Below, one piece after another: positions 28,893-39,398 of a stretch of DNA of 64,000 nt (position 1 is the first letter of the stretch; each line of letters starts with the position of its first letter). A model generated the notes under the pieces. That model saw only the letters and a list, made by a program, of their open reading frames with translations. It was not told where the DNA came from and made no database searches. The stretch comes from an uncultured Gemmatimonadaceae bacterium (GTDB lineage: Bacteria; Gemmatimonadota; Gemmatimonadetes; Gemmatimonadales; Gemmatimonadaceae). The position numbers and the translations under genes were made by a program. The DNA is taken from NCBI GenBank assembly GCA_963817955.1, contig CAWFQK010000001.1, forward strand, positions 480,001 to 544,000, read 5' to 3'.

Positions 28893-31069
28893 CGCGTGCG
28901 CACTCCGTATGCAGGAGAAAAGGCGATGGACGATGCGGGGGCAAAGGGATTCGTCGACGCCGGAGTCCAGGCCGACTTAAGTTCATATTCGTCGATGATG
29001 TCGATCGCGCCTGCCCTAAGAACAATTTGGCGGGTTACCCGCCCCCCTTCAGTCGTCATGGTTCCGCGGAATCCTTCGATCCCGAAAGCCTCGCATCGGC
29101 TTTCTCTGGTGAGCGGCTGCGAAAACGGCGCTGCGTCCCGTTTCGCAGCCGGACCCACCACTGAAGGAGACGCGTGCACCACAGCCGACCGGTAGTCGTT
29201 ACGAAGGGATCTCGATGCTGTATATACGTATGTGCCCGGGTCGGCCGTAATCGTGGTGCCGTCAATTGTGAGCTCAACGGCGAGGTGGTCCTCGTGTGCG
29301 TGCGTTCCAGCCCCGTCTCGCATTGAACTGCCGCAACGAATCACCAAATGCAATCGGTTCGACCGGACGACATAAGCTCCGAACTCGGGAAACGCAGCAA
29401 TCGATACACCGTTCAGCAGGCCACCATCATCTACAGGATGAGTCGCGGTCACACGATGCGTCACCCCTCTCACTCGACCCGGCACTTGCATGGCAGCCGC
29501 GGCAGAGTGGGGCTCCTGCCTCCGCGCGAAAGGAGCCACGGACATCCGCCGCTTTCCACTTACGAGTCTATCCGCGAGCGCTCGAGTAATTTGGCAGTTG
29601 GGCGCGTACCCCTGGTCGAGAAGCTCAGGCACGCTCAGTAGAGCACTTGCCCATGCAATCCAGTGTTGGTGATTCAGGCTCGGCTGCGCGACGTACGGGG
29701 AATGGTCTGGAAGGTCACGGAAAAGGGCGAGGTTCTGATACTTAGCTCGGGCGCTGGCGATGGTGCCGTCCAAGACCCATCCACCTATCCGTAGAAATCG
29801 GCCGCTGTCGTTGTCACCGATCTGGACGACCGTCCCATCCGGCTTGGTCATCTCCATCGTGAAGTCAACGGCATTCAGAATTCGAGCATAGAACTCGTCC
29901 GGAAAGAGCTTCTCCGTCTGTCGGTAGCGATTCTGGAGAATGCCGGGCGTTGACGGCCGCAGCTTCGGCCCATAACGCATCATCCCGGTGCTTGCGAACA
30001 GTGCTTCAATTCGCGACGCAGGTATGGCTTCGCAGAGCACGGCGCAGACGACGACCATCTCCGCGCAAAGTCGGTGGTAACTGGTGGACGCCTCGAAGTG
30101 GCCACCGTCAGAGAGGAACTGACGGTCGGTCTCTGCCGCCAATTCCTGTACGGCGAACGCCAGCCACGAATCGGCCTGGCCGTCCGGCTGCAGATAGGCC
30201 GCCGTGACCAAAAGTCCGCAAATATCGCCGAGGTAATGATTGGCCCGGTGACGTTCGGACCACTCGAGGTTCCGCGAAATGTGGCGAGCGTGATCATACG
30301 CAGTTGCCACCACCACTTCGTTAAACTCGTCATCAAACTCGTCGCCGGCTGATCGAAAGAGATCGTAAGCGATCAGCAGGTTGGCGATTCGGATCCCAAC
30401 GTCCATTGTCGAGGCCCAGTTCGCTCCGAAGCGAGGCGGGTTCGATGCGACCCAGTCGAGCACCTGGTTTCTAAACTCCTGGCGATACCGGGGTTCTTTG
30501 CCTACCAAGTAGGCTACCGCCAGCTCCGGAAAATGCTGCAGCCTCGAGAGCTCCCAGGGAACCTTGATATCAGCACCCGGTACGCTCCCATAAGCGATGT
30601 CACGATACCAGGTTCGTTCCGACCAGCGGAACCCGGACCTGAAATCAATCTGCCAGTCAATTGGTATGTACTCCGTCGATATCAAGGCTCTTATACGTCT
30701 CGCGGCTGATCGCCCGTGCCTCGGCAGATGATGCATAAGCGCTTCGGGCGTCGCCTGGCGCTCCGGAGGGTCGAAGCGAATCCGCTCGAAACCGAGACAA
30801 TCCATGCCGTGAAACACTCTCACCCAGCCGGAGCCAAGCAAGTCGAACCGGTGGCTGAGAAACAGCTCGATCGCGCTCGCGTCTGCAGCAGTGGGAGAAA
30901 AACGAATTCCCGCTGGAATCAGCCGCGCAAGCAGTTGATTCGGCTCGGTGGCCTCGCCGAACGATGTCAAGACCGCGTCGTGAGCGCGAAAAAAACTCCG
31001 TCGGAAGCTGTTACCCGCCCGTCGCCAGAGTTGGGAGAATGATTGAAGGGTGATCCGAGGGATACTCAT
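28889..31069 (-). CDS. Heparinase II/III-family protein
   Basis: DIKVPWELSRLQH, NHYLGD, DGGHFEASTSYH, IGDNDSG, HAHED, DPGTYVY. Confidence 0.9.
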   Translation of the reverse strand: MSIPRITLQSFSQLWRRAGNSFRRSFFRAHDAVLTSFGEATEPNQLLARLIPAGIRFSPTAADASAIELFLSHRFDLLGSGWVRVFHGMDCLGFERIRFDPPERQATPEALMHHLPRHGRSAARRIRALISTEYIPIDWQIDFRSGFRWSERTWYRDIAYGSVPGADIKVPWELSRLQHFPELAVAYLVGKEPRYRQEFRNQVLDWVASNPPRFGANWASTMDVGIRIANLLIAYDLFRSAGDEFDDEFNEVVVATAYDHARHISRNLEWSERHRANHYLGDICGLLVTAAYLQPDGQADSWLAFAVQELAAETDRQFLSDGGHFEASTSYHRLCAEMVVVCAVLCEAIPASRIEALFASTGMMRYGPKLRPSTPGILQNRYRQTEKLFPDEFYARILNAVDFTMEMTKPDGTVVQIGDNDSGRFLRIGGWVLDGTIASARAKYQNLALFRDLPDHSPYVAQPSLNHQHWIAWASALLSVPELLDQGYAPNCQITRALADRLVSGKRRMSVAPFARRQEPHSAAAAMQVPGRVRGVTHRVTATHPVDDGGLLNGVSIAAFPEFGAYVVRSNRLHLVIRCGSSMRDGAGTHAHEDHLAVELTIDGTTITADPGTYVYTASRSLRNDYRSAVVHASPSVVGPAAKRDAAPFSQPLTRESRCEAFGIEGFRGTMTTEGGRVTRQIVLRAGAIDIIDEYELKSAWTPASTNPFAPASSIAFSPAYGVRTR

Positions 31070-31090
31070 CGATAGCTCGATGCGTCAGGC

Positions 31091-32224
31091 TCACACACCC
31101 GATGCCGGCATCCCTGAGCGGCGTGCATGCACCAGTCGCTCCATCTCCGAGACGATCCGTTCTGCCGCCCGTCCATCCCACTTCTCCGGAATGGCGCCCT
31201 TCTTCCACTGGCCATCCATGACGCGCCTTAGAACGCGAGAGACATTTGCGGGATCTGTTCCGACGAGCTCATTCGTCCCTACGGATACGGTTTCGGGACG
31301 CTCCGTATTGTCGCGTACTGTCAGACAGGGAACACCGAACACCGTCGTCTCTTCCGTGATCCCCCCGGAGTCGGTGATCACGGCCTTGGCGTGCTTCACC
31401 AGATAGTTGAATTCCAGATACGGCAGTGGTCCGACCGCGTGAATCCCCTCAAGAAGCTCTCCTCGTTCCTTCAGCTGCCTATCCGTTCGTGGATGGACGG
31501 GAAAGATCACCGGAAAGCCGCCGGCCCCATCGACCACCGATCGGAGCAGAGCAGACAGGCGCTCCAGATCGTCCACATTCGAAGGACGATGTAGCGTGAG
31601 CACCAAGTATTGGCCAGCCCGTAGACTGTAGTTGCTCCAGAAGGCTGGAGGGCGCAGGTTGGACTCCTGTGTCATAAGCGTATCGATCATAGTATTCCCG
31701 ACGAAGAAGATCCGATCGTCGGACACGCCCGCCTTCCTCAAGTTTTGATTGGCCACCTCACTGGTGGTGAAGAACCAATTGGTGATGGAGTCCGTCACCA
31801 CCCGATTGATCTCTTCAGGCATCGCCCAGTCGTCCGAGCGAATGCCGCCTTCGACGTGTGCAACTGGAACGCCGAGTTTCCGCGCGGTGATCGCGCAGGC
31901 CATCGTTGAATTCACGTCACCGACGACGATGCATGCCTCGCTCCGCTCGTTCATCAGGACCTGCTCATAGCGGATCATGATCGCGGCTGTCTGCTCGGCC
32001 TGGCTTCCCGAGCCCACGCCCAGATTGACGTCCGGTTCCGGTATCCCCAGTTGCACGAAAAAATCAGCGGACATCGCGCGGTCGTAGTGCTGCCCGGTGT
32101 GAATCAGTCGGGGGCGAAGACGGCCTCTGCGAGCTGCAGCGTCGCGGAATGCGGCCATGATCGGGGCGATCTTGATGAAATTCGGCCGAGCTCCGGCGAT
32201 GACGTCGACGAGAACGACCGTCAC
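31091..32224 (-). CDS. wecB: UDP-GlcNAc 2-epimerase (non-hydrolysing)
   Basis: GARPNFIK, HTGQHYD, HVEGGIRS, TDSGGITEE; GTG start overlaps the upstream stop (GTGA). Confidence 0.9.
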   Translation of the reverse strand: MTVVLVDVIAGARPNFIKIAPIMAAFRDAAARRGRLRPRLIHTGQHYDRAMSADFFVQLGIPEPDVNLGVGSGSQAEQTAAIMIRYEQVLMNERSEACIVVGDVNSTMACAITARKLGVPVAHVEGGIRSDDWAMPEEINRVVTDSITNWFFTTSEVANQNLRKAGVSDDRIFFVGNTMIDTLMTQESNLRPPAFWSNYSLRAGQYLVLTLHRPSNVDDLERLSALLRSVVDGAGGFPVIFPVHPRTDRQLKERGELLEGIHAVGPLPYLEFNYLVKHAKAVITDSGGITEETTVFGVPCLTVRDNTERPETVSVGTNELVGTDPANVSRVLRRVMDGQWKKGAIPEKWDGRAAERIVSEMERLVHARRSGMPASGV

Positions 32225-34383
32225 CGACTCGTACTCGTCCCGGTCACTCTCCCGGGCTGTATCTGCGACTCGACGGCCAGCGCTGTTCGTGCAACCTGCA
32301 CCTGTTGCCACCAGGGGATCGGCCATTCGCCTTTCTGAATGCCGTCGGCAAAAGCAATCAGCTCTTCCTTGAGCCCCTTTTCCTGAACGGCCGTTCTGAG
32401 CGATTTCCCTTTCGTGCCATACACATCGAGCTTCTTGTAATCCGCCAGAATCGCGGTCTTTCCGTCGACGTGGAGGTCGGCAGTCTCCTTCGGATAAGAC
32501 TTGTTACCCAGAGATGTATACGTCAGGCTCGCAATTGAGCCATCGGCGAAGCGCATCGTGGCGACGAAGTTGTCATCGCGCCGATAGTAGCTCGAGCTCG
32601 GGACGATCGACCGCGACGCGATCTCGGTCACTTCACTATTCGACAGAAACGTGAACAGGTCATAGAGGTGGCAGGCCTCGCCGAGGTTTCTGCCTCCTCC
32701 CTCAGGACCGTGGACCCAGTGATCGGACGGAATGTGCCCGGCGTTCATTCGGTAGTCGAGCATGAACGGTCCGCTTCGATTCTGCAGTATCTCCGCCATG
32801 CGCCGCGCATACGGCGAAAACCGCCGGTTGTACCCGGTCATCAGAATCGGGGCAGCGGTGCCCGCGGAGCTCACGCACTCGTCGAGCGCTTGCAACTCGG
32901 CAGACGTGATCGCCGTCGGTTTTTCCACGAACACGTGCTTACCCGCTCGCAAGGCGGCGAGCGCCATCTCAGCGTGGAGATGATGCCGCGTCGCGATGAG
33001 TACGGCGTCGACGTTGGGATCGTCGAGCACCTGTTCGTATTCCGTCGTGCAATAGGCCGCTCCAAATTGCCTGGCCAGTGCTGCGGCCCGGTCCCCAGAC
33101 CGCGTCATGACTGCCTGTAAGGCGAACCGGTCGCCCAGACTCCGCATATTGGGCAAGTGCGCCGACTGGGCGAAGGACCCGGCGCCGAGGATGGCCACGC
33201 GAATGGTCCCAGGACGCGCGGCGAAGGTGCCACCGGTCAGAACCTTGTGAGATGGTTTGCTATCCGTCTCCGGATAGGTCAGAAGCACCATCAATGGCCT
33301 GGCCGAAGAGTCATTCAACGACGCATATGCCTTGGTCGCATCCCCAATGGGATATCGCGCCGAGACGAGCCGTTCCACCAGCACACGTCCCTCAGCCAGC
33401 AGGCGCAGGTATTCCGCCATGTTGCGGTTTTCCGTCCACCGCACATAGGCCACCGGATAGTCGAGACCCTGCTCTTCATACTGGTGGTCGTATCGCCCCG
33501 GCCCATATGATGTGGAGATCAGGAAATCGATCTCCTTGACGTAGAAGTCGGCGCGATTGAGATGCAGCCCAACGTCGCCAACCAGCACCACGCGTCCTTT
33601 CTTCCGACACATCTTGAATGCGGTCGAGACGAGAGCGTCCGACGGCGTGGCGGCGGTGATGATGACGCAGTCGACACCGATACCGTCGGTCAGTCGGGCG
33701 ACTTGATCGACGCTTGTCGCGTCGTCTGGCTGAAGCGCGAGATCCATTCCGAGACTGAAAGCCAGCGCCGAGCGCTCGCGGTCGAGATCGACGCCGATTG
33801 TCCGGCACCCGTTCGCCCGCAGGATCTGCACGGTCAACTGGCCGAGAATCCCCAGGCCGATGACAGCAACGGTTTCTCCCAAGGTTGGCTGTGCGCGGCG
33901 AACACCCTGCAGTGCGATAGCGCCAAGGGTAACCGTAGACGCACTCTCCCAATTCAAGGCGTCTGGAATTCTCGCGCAGAGATTCCGCGGAACGCGAATG
34001 AACTCAGCATGATGTGCGTACCCGGCCCCCGCACATGCGACTCGGTCTCCGATGGCTAGATCGTCGATAATCGACCCGACATCGACGACGACTCCGGCGG
34101 CCGAGTAGCCGGTGGGGTGCGCCGCATCGATCTTGTCTTCGACCAGGCTCCACGTCCGCCTGATACCGGAGGTCGCGGCCAGTTTGAGGGTAGTAGCGAC
34201 TTTGCTCGGATCCTGTAGCGCGCGCTTCCAGAGCGGAGCCGCGCTCGAGCGAACGGCGCTCATCTCCGTGCCGACCGAGAGACACGATGCCCGAACGCGG
34301 ACGAGGACCTCACCTGGTTCCGGATGAGGTGCAGGCAGTTCGGCGACGATCACACTGCCCTTCTGAACCAGCACTTGTTTCAT
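32221..34383 (-). CDS. Bi-domain oxidoreductase (Zn-ADH-like plus Gfo/Idh/MocA)
   Basis: SVGTE, GYSAAG, SYGPGRYD, GAGSFA, VEKP, GEACH. Confidence 0.92.
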   Translation of the reverse strand: MKQVLVQKGSVIVAELPAPHPEPGEVLVRVRASCLSVGTEMSAVRSSAAPLWKRALQDPSKVATTLKLAATSGIRRTWSLVEDKIDAAHPTGYSAAGVVVDVGSIIDDLAIGDRVACAGAGYAHHAEFIRVPRNLCARIPDALNWESASTVTLGAIALQGVRRAQPTLGETVAVIGLGILGQLTVQILRANGCRTIGVDLDRERSALAFSLGMDLALQPDDATSVDQVARLTDGIGVDCVIITAATPSDALVSTAFKMCRKKGRVVLVGDVGLHLNRADFYVKEIDFLISTSYGPGRYDHQYEEQGLDYPVAYVRWTENRNMAEYLRLLAEGRVLVERLVSARYPIGDATKAYASLNDSSARPLMVLLTYPETDSKPSHKVLTGGTFAARPGTIRVAILGAGSFAQSAHLPNMRSLGDRFALQAVMTRSGDRAAALARQFGAAYCTTEYEQVLDDPNVDAVLIATRHHLHAEMALAALRAGKHVFVEKPTAITSAELQALDECVSSAGTAAPILMTGYNRRFSPYARRMAEILQNRSGPFMLDYRMNAGHIPSDHWVHGPEGGGRNLGEACHLYDLFTFLSNSEVTEIASRSIVPSSSYYRRDDNFVATMRFADGSIASLTYTSLGNKSYPKETADLHVDGKTAILADYKKLDVYGTKGKSLRTAVQEKGLKEELIAFADGIQKGEWPIPWWQQVQVARTALAVESQIQPGRVTGTSTSR

Positions 34384-34408
34384 AGGTATTCAAACCCCAG
34401 GAAAAGCC

Positions 34409-35188
34409 TCATCGCTTTGCCCGGATGCCAAGGAACCAGCCCCAGGTCGGGGGAAGCCGCGAAATGATCCAATTTGGCAGGTCGTGCGTGTCGCCGACGG
34501 TCAGTATCGGAATGACGTCGACCTTACTGAAACCGGCGAGCAGCGATTGTACCTCGGATACCGAGTAGGCCTTCGTGCCCAAGCTTTCGACATGATGGAA
34601 GAGCACGTCGCGGAACGAACGCCAAGGCCGCCCTTTGAGGACCGCGTGTTTCAACCAGACCCGAAGCGTGGTCAGCGAGGGCCGCTGATACAACATCCCG
34701 ACAAACTCACCGGTCCGAGGCTTCAGAACCCGAATGATCTCTGAGAATATGCGCTCCGGGTGTTCGGAATGGTGAATGACCCCCCAGGAATACACCACGT
34801 CGAAGAACCCGTCCTCGAAAGGCAATGACTCAGCCGAAAGACGCTGCACGTTGGATGTCAACCCATGCGTCTCGAGTCGTTTTCGGGTGATGTGGATGGC
34901 CGCGTCGGTGAGGTCCACTCCGTAGAGGTCTGCCCCGGCCCGCGCCCATTGGAGGTGATCGGTGCCCGCCCCCACGCCGATTTCGAGCACACGCTTGCCG
35001 CGGTAGCGCGTAAACTGGGCGACTGAATGAATGAATGGCTCGACAGCATAGCGGTATTCTTCGACTGCCTCGAACCATTCTCGCGACAACGGCTGTGTTT
35101 TTCCAACGATGTAAGCGTCGGTGCCGCAAGGCACTTGTTCCCAATACGCTTTCACCTCTTCCATGAGCGACTGCGGATTCCGACTCAC
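34409..35188 (-). CDS. Class I SAM methyltransferase
   Basis: VLEIGVGAG, FDVVYSWGVIHH. Confidence 0.9.
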   Translation of the reverse strand: MSRNPQSLMEEVKAYWEQVPCGTDAYIVGKTQPLSREWFEAVEEYRYAVEPFIHSVAQFTRYRGKRVLEIGVGAGTDHLQWARAGADLYGVDLTDAAIHITRKRLETHGLTSNVQRLSAESLPFEDGFFDVVYSWGVIHHSEHPERIFSEIIRVLKPRTGEFVGMLYQRPSLTTLRVWLKHAVLKGRPWRSFRDVLFHHVESLGTKAYSVSEVQSLLAGFSKVDVIPILTVGDTHDLPNWIISRLPPTWGWFLGIRAKR

Positions 35189-37098
35189 CCAACGACCTCG
35201 GGTTTGAAGTTGGCGTGCCACCATTTTGCCAAATTGAGGAGCGGCCATGAGTTGGCCGGTGTATCGCTATTCAGGATCTTCTCCACCTCTCGCCAATCGA
35301 GCAGATCGGTGACGCTGCAGAAGTCCTGCAATTCCCGCCGTGCCAACGCTCCAAGACGATCTTCGAACCACTCGTCTATGGGAGCGCCGAACCCTTGCTT
35401 CTTTCGGTCGATGATTTCATCCGGGATCACGCCGCGAACAGCCTTCTTCAACATATACTTGAGATTACCCCCCTGAATCCTCATCTCGGCGGGTATGCTC
35501 ATGGCGTATTCGACGAACTTATGATCGAGGAAAGGGACGCGAGCTTCCAATGACACGCCCATTGTCATCTTGTCTACGCGCATGAGGAGCAACTCCGGTA
35601 GACGAAGGTTCAGATCGAGATAGGTCATCCAGTCGAGGGAGGCCCTGCGGGCCGATTTATCTTCGAATCGCCGGCGAATTGGCGCCAGGGCGTCCCACGA
35701 AGTCACGTCCTTCATGCGTTCGCGCATCCTAGGTGAGAGGAGTCGCATCTTCTGCGCGTGCGTGAATGCCTCTGCGCCCCCCCAAAAGATCGGCACGTTG
35801 CGGCTGGCACGACGCAGATATTCGTAGCGCCAATCCTTATCCAACCCGATCATCGACAGGATCTTGACCGTGATCCGCTTCAACGCGGTCGGAACCGGAA
35901 GGTCGTCAAGACGCTGTAGATTCAGCATCGTTCGCCAGCGCGGATAACCGCAAAACAGTTCGTCGGCGCCCTCACCGACCTGACACACGATGACCCCGGT
36001 CTCTCTGGCCAGCTTCGCAACGTAGTACACGGGAATGCAAACAGGGTCCGCGATTGGCTCATCCTGCAGGTGCACCATCCGCGGCAGGAAATCAATTAGA
36101 TCGTCGACGCTGAGAAGTTTGTCGTGGTACTCGGCGCCCACGTCCTTTGCCACCGCGCGGGCGTACTCAAGCTCGTTGCGATAGCTGCTGTACTCGTCAT
36201 CGTAGCCGATGGAGAAGGTCTTTACGGGGCTCACCTCACCTTCTGAAAAAAGCGCGGCGTTCGCGCTCGAGTCGATACCACCGGAGAGAAACACGCCCAC
36301 CGGAACGTCGCTGACCTTTCGAAGCTTTACAGCGTCGCGCAGCTCGTCCAGAATCCGACTCGCGACCACATCTTCCGACGCGCCATCCAGAGACTGCGTG
36401 TGGTCGAGCACATCCCAGTAGCGATGTTCCTCAATACTACCGTCAGCCTGCAAGCGCATCCACGTGCCGGCCGGCAGCTTGTGAATTCCGTCGAACAACG
36501 TGCTTGGCGCCGGAACCGTCAAGAAGGAGAGAAAGTGAAACAGCCCCTCTTCGCTGACCTTCCGCTCCTGGTCGGGATCCTCGAGAAGCGCCTTGATTTC
36601 CGAGGCGAAGACGATCCGACCGTGATGGATACTGTAATAGAGCGGCTTGATCCCAATTCTATCGCGAACCAGCCACAGTTCGCGCTTGTTGGTATCCCAA
36701 AGCGCGATGGCAAACATCCCGCGAAACTTCTGGAGGCAGTCGATTCCCCACTTCTCAAAAGCGTGGAGTATGACCTCCGTATCGGAGTGATCGGTCTTCC
36801 ATTGGTGGCCTCCGATCTGCTCCAGCTCAGCCCGGATCTCAGCATGATTGTATATCTCGCCATTGAACAGCAGCCAGAGCGTTCCATCCTCGTTGCACAT
36901 TGGCTGGTCGGCCGCGGTGCACAAGTCGATGATTGCCAACCGGCGAAAGCCGAGGCCGACCTTCCTATCCTCAGAAACCCATACGCCGGCGCCGTCCGGA
37001 CCCCGATGCACCATCGTATCCCTCATCTTGACCACGTATGGCTCATCGATCGCGAATGAGGAAGCGGTGAAAGAGAGTGCGCCTGCGATTCCGCACAT
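35185..37098 (-). CDS. asnB: Asparagine synthase-like glutamine amidotransferase
   Basis: MCGIAG, HRGPD, NGEIYN, LSGGIDSS, GEGADE. Confidence 0.93.
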   Translation of the reverse strand: MCGIAGALSFTASSFAIDEPYVVKMRDTMVHRGPDGAGVWVSEDRKVGLGFRRLAIIDLCTAADQPMCNEDGTLWLLFNGEIYNHAEIRAELEQIGGHQWKTDHSDTEVILHAFEKWGIDCLQKFRGMFAIALWDTNKRELWLVRDRIGIKPLYYSIHHGRIVFASEIKALLEDPDQERKVSEEGLFHFLSFLTVPAPSTLFDGIHKLPAGTWMRLQADGSIEEHRYWDVLDHTQSLDGASEDVVASRILDELRDAVKLRKVSDVPVGVFLSGGIDSSANAALFSEGEVSPVKTFSIGYDDEYSSYRNELEYARAVAKDVGAEYHDKLLSVDDLIDFLPRMVHLQDEPIADPVCIPVYYVAKLARETGVIVCQVGEGADELFCGYPRWRTMLNLQRLDDLPVPTALKRITVKILSMIGLDKDWRYEYLRRASRNVPIFWGGAEAFTHAQKMRLLSPRMRERMKDVTSWDALAPIRRRFEDKSARRASLDWMTYLDLNLRLPELLLMRVDKMTMGVSLEARVPFLDHKFVEYAMSIPAEMRIQGGNLKYMLKKAVRGVIPDEIIDRKKQGFGAPIDEWFEDRLGALARRELQDFCSVTDLLDWREVEKILNSDTPANSWPLLNLAKWWHANFKPEVVG

Positions 37099-37297
37099 AA
37101 ATAAGCCTCAACGATTCTCTGATTGGTTGGCGTAGAATCGGAGCGAACAGCCGCGCCAAACCTCGAGTCGCGGTTTCCTGCCCGATCTCCATGCAGGCCT
37201 GCGTGACTCAGGCCAATCGCACTCGCGCCAAGGACTTTTGTCTACGCGCAGCTGGGGAGTCGCTGCAGAACAAATCTAGCGCTCGAGGCGGTCTTGC

Positions 37298-38575
37298 TTA
37301 CAGGACCGTCGCAGGGGCTGCCCGATATTCCCGCAGAACATCCTGGTATATCTGAAGCTGACGTTCAACTATTGCGGCGAGATTGTGGCGCCTAAAGGCA
37401 ACACTCCGCGCGGTCCTGCTTAGCGATTCAGACAGATCCCGGCTCTCGAAGAGTCTCTTGACGTGATCCGCGCAGACAACATGGTCGCCGGCCGGGAAAA
37501 ACAGGGCAGTCTTTCCATCCTCAGCCAAATAGGCGCTTCCCCCATTGAACGAACACACCGAAGGTGTGCCAATGGTCATGGCCTCGGCGTGAGCGACTCC
37601 GTAGCTCTCCGCGTAGCTCGGGAATACGGCCACGGAGCTCTCAGCTAGCTCCTTGCACAACCGTGCCGCATCGATGGAGCCGAGCCAGTAAACGTTCGAC
37701 TCGAGCCCGGCACGCCGGATCTCGCCGTTCAGCCACCGGATGTAACCACTCAAACGAAGGCTCTGAGCTTGATGCGCCCCGGCGATACGGATCTGAAGAT
37801 TCGGAAAGTGAACGCGAAGAATTTTCGCGGCGCGAACCAGAGTGTGGAGTCCTTTATAGGGGTGGGGCGATGAGGAGGAACAAAAGATGATCGGCGCGCC
37901 GGTGAAGCTCCACGCCTCGCACGAGAGCAGTTCTTTCCTGAGTGGAATCTCGTTTTGAAAAAGCCGTGCGTCAGATTTGGCGGCAAGCGCATGCGCCGCC
38001 ATCCACGGGGAGGGCGCGGTAATAAACCTGTGCTTGCTCATGATCTCTTGTTCAAATACCCCCCACTTCCTAAAAAACGCGCTTACCTGAAAAATCGTGG
38101 ATCCGCGTACGATCTCCTTTGGCCCGATGCATCTTAACTGTTCGATGAGCGTCAATCCGCCGTGGTACAGCTCGGCCCAGGGTCCCTTGAGACCCTGGAT
38201 CTCCAGAAGAGCCGGATGCTTCACCACCCCTCTTGCCGTCAGCAGCCCTGGAAAGGTCTCGGCGCCCCAGACGTGAATGATATCCGGGTTGAACTGCTCT
38301 ATGGCCGAGAGGTATCCGGCGACCACCTTGGTGTTTGGCAGGCCGTCTTTGCCCACCTTTCTCACCGCAGGCGCGATCCACTGGGTGACGCCCTCACCGT
38401 CCAATCGCGTCAACTCGGAGACCCTGCCAGTCGTAATGTTTCCAAGCGTGATACGACCGGAGTTCACCAGTCCGTCAGCCATCGCGTGGAGCCACGTCCC
38501 GGTAACTCCTCGGTCCACTGGCTCGAGCACCGCGTTGCTCAACCACAGAACCCTTAGTCGGGATCCTTCAAACAT
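37298..38575 (-). CDS. GT4 glycosyltransferase
   Basis: PDIIHVWGAE, KGLH, ESYGVAHAEA. Confidence 0.88.
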   Translation of the reverse strand: MFEGSRLRVLWLSNAVLEPVDRGVTGTWLHAMADGLVNSGRITLGNITTGRVSELTRLDGEGVTQWIAPAVRKVGKDGLPNTKVVAGYLSAIEQFNPDIIHVWGAETFPGLLTARGVVKHPALLEIQGLKGPWAELYHGGLTLIEQLRCIGPKEIVRGSTIFQVSAFFRKWGVFEQEIMSKHRFITAPSPWMAAHALAAKSDARLFQNEIPLRKELLSCEAWSFTGAPIIFCSSSSPHPYKGLHTLVRAAKILRVHFPNLQIRIAGAHQAQSLRLSGYIRWLNGEIRRAGLESNVYWLGSIDAARLCKELAESSVAVFPSYAESYGVAHAEAMTIGTPSVCSFNGGSAYLAEDGKTALFFPAGDHVVCADHVKRLFESRDLSESLSRTARSVAFRRHNLAAIVERQLQIYQDVLREYRAAPATVL

Positions 38576-39398
38576 GCATCACTGGGGGTCCGGACAACCG
38601 AGATAGGCCTCGACTCAGCTTTCGTCCGAGATTCCTGAGACGCATTACCCAGGGCAAGATCGCTCGCTCAGTGCGTGTGAAATGCTTCGACTGGAACTCA
38701 GAAACCTCCAGTTGCGACATCGCGGCGTTCGTGGACGAGAACCCCTCTGGATCCCAAACGCACACATCCACGTCAACTAGCGCGAATCGGCCATTCGCCG
38801 TCGCCACGCGAAAGAGCCACTCGCGATCCGCGATGATCCGGTAGTGCGAACTGAACTTGCCGATTCGATCGAACATCCCGCGCCGTGCGAAGACGCTTTG
38901 ATGGCAAAGCGTTTCAAAAAAAAAGTATTTCTTGTCGATCTTCGCCGGCGGGCGCATAATCTCGCGCGAGCTCTTCAACACGGCGTTGCCATATAGGACA
39001 TCGACTTGGGAGGGAAGCTGACTCGCGAATATGGCCTGCAGCACGTCCGGCCCGGCGAAAGTGTCGCCGCTGTTCAGGAACATGATCCAGTCTCCGCGAG
39101 CCGCCGCGACCCCCTTGTTCATCGCGTCGTAGATACCGTTGTCCTTTTCGCTTGACTGATAGTCGATCCGATCGCGGTACTGGTGGAGAACCTCGAGGGT
39201 TCCATCGGTCGATCCACCGTCGATGACAACGAAGTCGACATGGGGATATGTCTGGTCGGCCAGGCTTTGAATAGTCGTTCTCACGGTAGCGACCGCGTTG
39301 AAGACGACCATGACCACGGAGATGAACGGGCTTTCACCTGGATGCCTGGAAGAACTGGACCGATTGGGCGTCAGGTCGCACCTTGGTTTCGCTACCAT
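38568..39398 (-). CDS. GT2 glycosyltransferase
   Basis: IDGGSTDGT, GIYDAMNKG, FLNSGD. Confidence 0.9.
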   Translation of the reverse strand: MVAKPRCDLTPNRSSSSRHPGESPFISVVMVVFNAVATVRTTIQSLADQTYPHVDFVVIDGGSTDGTLEVLHQYRDRIDYQSSEKDNGIYDAMNKGVAAARGDWIMFLNSGDTFAGPDVLQAIFASQLPSQVDVLYGNAVLKSSREIMRPPAKIDKKYFFFETLCHQSVFARRGMFDRIGKFSSHYRIIADREWLFRVATANGRFALVDVDVCVWDPEGFSSTNAAMSQLEVSEFQSKHFTRTERAILPWVMRLRNLGRKLSRGLSRLSGPPVMHV

